Shown: piece after piece, positions 62,404 through 64,000 of the stretch
How positions within the stretch are numbered: position 1 is the first letter of the stretch
Layout: each line of letters begins with the position of its first letter
Source of the DNA: Trichoplax sp. H2
Taxonomy: Eukaryota
DNA length: 64,000 nucleotides
Direction: 5' to 3'
Assembly: GCA_003344405.1 (NCBI GenBank)
Contig: NOWV01000151.1
Location: 1-64,000 of the forward strand
Program-made: the position numbers and the translations under genes
Notes under the pieces: model-generated
What the model saw: the letters and a program-made list of their open reading frames with translations, nothing else
Database searches by the model: none
What the model was told of the DNA's origin: nothing

Positions 62404-63426
62404 TTAATCGCATACAGCTGGTTTACGTAATCGATGGAAGTAATACATAATTTTGGGAGACATTGGATTGGTACAACAGTTCCAAGATGGTAAATACATA
62501 AAATAGGCTTGACGAAAAGCGCTACAGTAATAATTATAAATCAAGGGATTAATAATAGTGGAAATAAGATAGAGAATGATACCTAAACGTATCATAAAGA
62601 GACCAGTCCCTTTATTTTCTGTCGTAATCTTATCTCGAGCTGCTAGCATAGTTGGTACATAAATAACAACAGCGGTAAAAATCATAAAGGTCATAGTACT
62701 GACTATTAACATTTTAAAAATATGCTTCCGACGATTTCGAACGGATAAGGCTATGCTATTATTGCTAATGATTAAATTAGCAATCGTGAATCGTGTAATA
62801 TACATCCATATTCGAATGTAAGCAGTGATAATCATTATTAACGGTAAAAGATAAACAATAATACTGTAGATAATTAAATAATATCGAAATTGTTGAATAT
62901 TGAAACTATATAATTCACATCGACAAGGTTCGCGAGGATACATTCGAAATAAATATAAATACGGAAAAGATAAACCAAAAGAGAGGGTCCATAACGAAAA
63001 GATCATTATAATTAGATTCCATTTTTTTCTGGCCAAGTTGTTATCTTTTTTTCTCAAGACCATAATTCTAAATCGTTCTATGCTAATTGCCGCCAGCGTA
63101 TAGATACCGACCGTGATACCACCGACAATGGTAACACCAGAAATTCTACAATAAGTATCAACATTAAAGGCCGTCCAATTAGGCTTTAAGACAAATAGTG
63201 AAATTCCAGAATGAAAAGATAAAGCAATGGCGGTGACAACATCGCCAAGAGCTAAATTGAAAATTAATACAAATAGCATTTTGTGGAGATCATTACATCG
63301 AATAATTGCAAAACATGAAATGCTATTTAGTATTAATGAAAGTACAACCAGTGGCAATAAATAGTAAAAAAATTTATTTTCTGAAGTATGGTCTCTAGCA
63401 TGATCGATATTAGTTAAATTATCCAT
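62404..63426 (-). CDS. Intronless rhodopsin-family GPCR (peptide-receptor-like, not part of the array family)
   Basis: 340 aa; N-terminal NLT sequon, NLALGD, AISIERF, YLLPL, INPLIY. Confidence 0.9.
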   Translation of the reverse strand: MDNLTNIDHARDHTSENKFFYYLLPLVVLSLILNSISCFAIIRCNDLHKMLFVLIFNLALGDVVTAIALSFHSGISLFVLKPNWTAFNVDTYCRISGVTIVGGITVGIYTLAAISIERFRIMVLRKKDNNLARKKWNLIIMIFSLWTLSFGLSFPYLYLFRMYPREPCRCELYSFNIQQFRYYLIIYSIIVYLLPLIMIITAYIRIWMYITRFTIANLIISNNSIALSVRNRRKHIFKMLIVSTMTFMIFTAVVIYVPTMLAARDKITTENKGTGLFMIRLGIILYLISTIINPLIYNYYCSAFRQAYFMYLPSWNCCTNPMSPKIMYYFHRLRKPAVCD

Positions 63427-64000
63427 GACCTTCTATAAACTAGAATATCTGTCTTCAATTTCGTAACTTGAAAAGTAACCTTTTATCCTAAAGCATAAAC
63501 GCCAGTTTAGAGACCATTCAACCAATCATATGTCATTACCATTAAGACGAACTCGATCATAAATGATTTAATCAGAAATATAGCTGAATATATTCTAGCA
63601 TCAAATCAACATCTAAATCATAATCTATGTATAATTAATACATAGCCAAAACTTAACTCGACATAAACACGAATACAGTAGCTACCGTTATCTGAACGAA
63701 ATATAATTAGTAGAATATCTAATATGCACAACTGTATGACTGATCTAATGATGCCAAACAATAAGGGAATGTAACGCCATTAACAATAGTAGCGTCATAA
63801 ATTGATAATAAGTATTGATATCATTCACCGAGATTTTATAAGTATCTCAATGTATCTGAAATGACTTAGGTCACTTGAGTTTTGTAGAGATGGCGAAATC
63901 AATCTTGTTGAAGCTTGTTATATTTTATGATCGGTTTAAGTACATTAGAGCAATTCAGAGGAAAGCAATAAAAATAATAGCTTGATAAATAGTTAATCGC

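Overview
Eukaryotic, AT-rich genomic DNA with short GT-AG introns, most likely from the placozoan Trichoplax. This is inferred from the compact introns, (ACAGT)n arrays and intronless GPCR arrays. The window has two contrasting halves. (1) About 1-42.5 kb is a same-strand tandem array of intronless rhodopsin-class GPCR genes: five complete, one cut by an assembly gap and one pseudogene. Their 7TM motifs resemble LGR/glycoprotein-hormone/relaxin receptors, but they start at a conserved Met just before TM1 and have no LRR ectodomain. One paralog carries a ~105-aa N-glycosylation-rich insert in ECL3. The array was built by multi-kb tandem duplications and contains several solo LTRs with 5-bp TSDs, one nested inside another. 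(2) About 43-64 kb is a gene-dense housekeeping block: an RNase MRP RNA gene, a candidate orphan multi-exon gene, CHTOP-like, LMAN1/ERGIC-53, LYRM7, HMG20A/B-like and an unrelated GPCR. ACAGT/TACTG repeat clusters sit at the 5' ends of most of these genes. Exon coordinates were traced by eye, and no database search was run.
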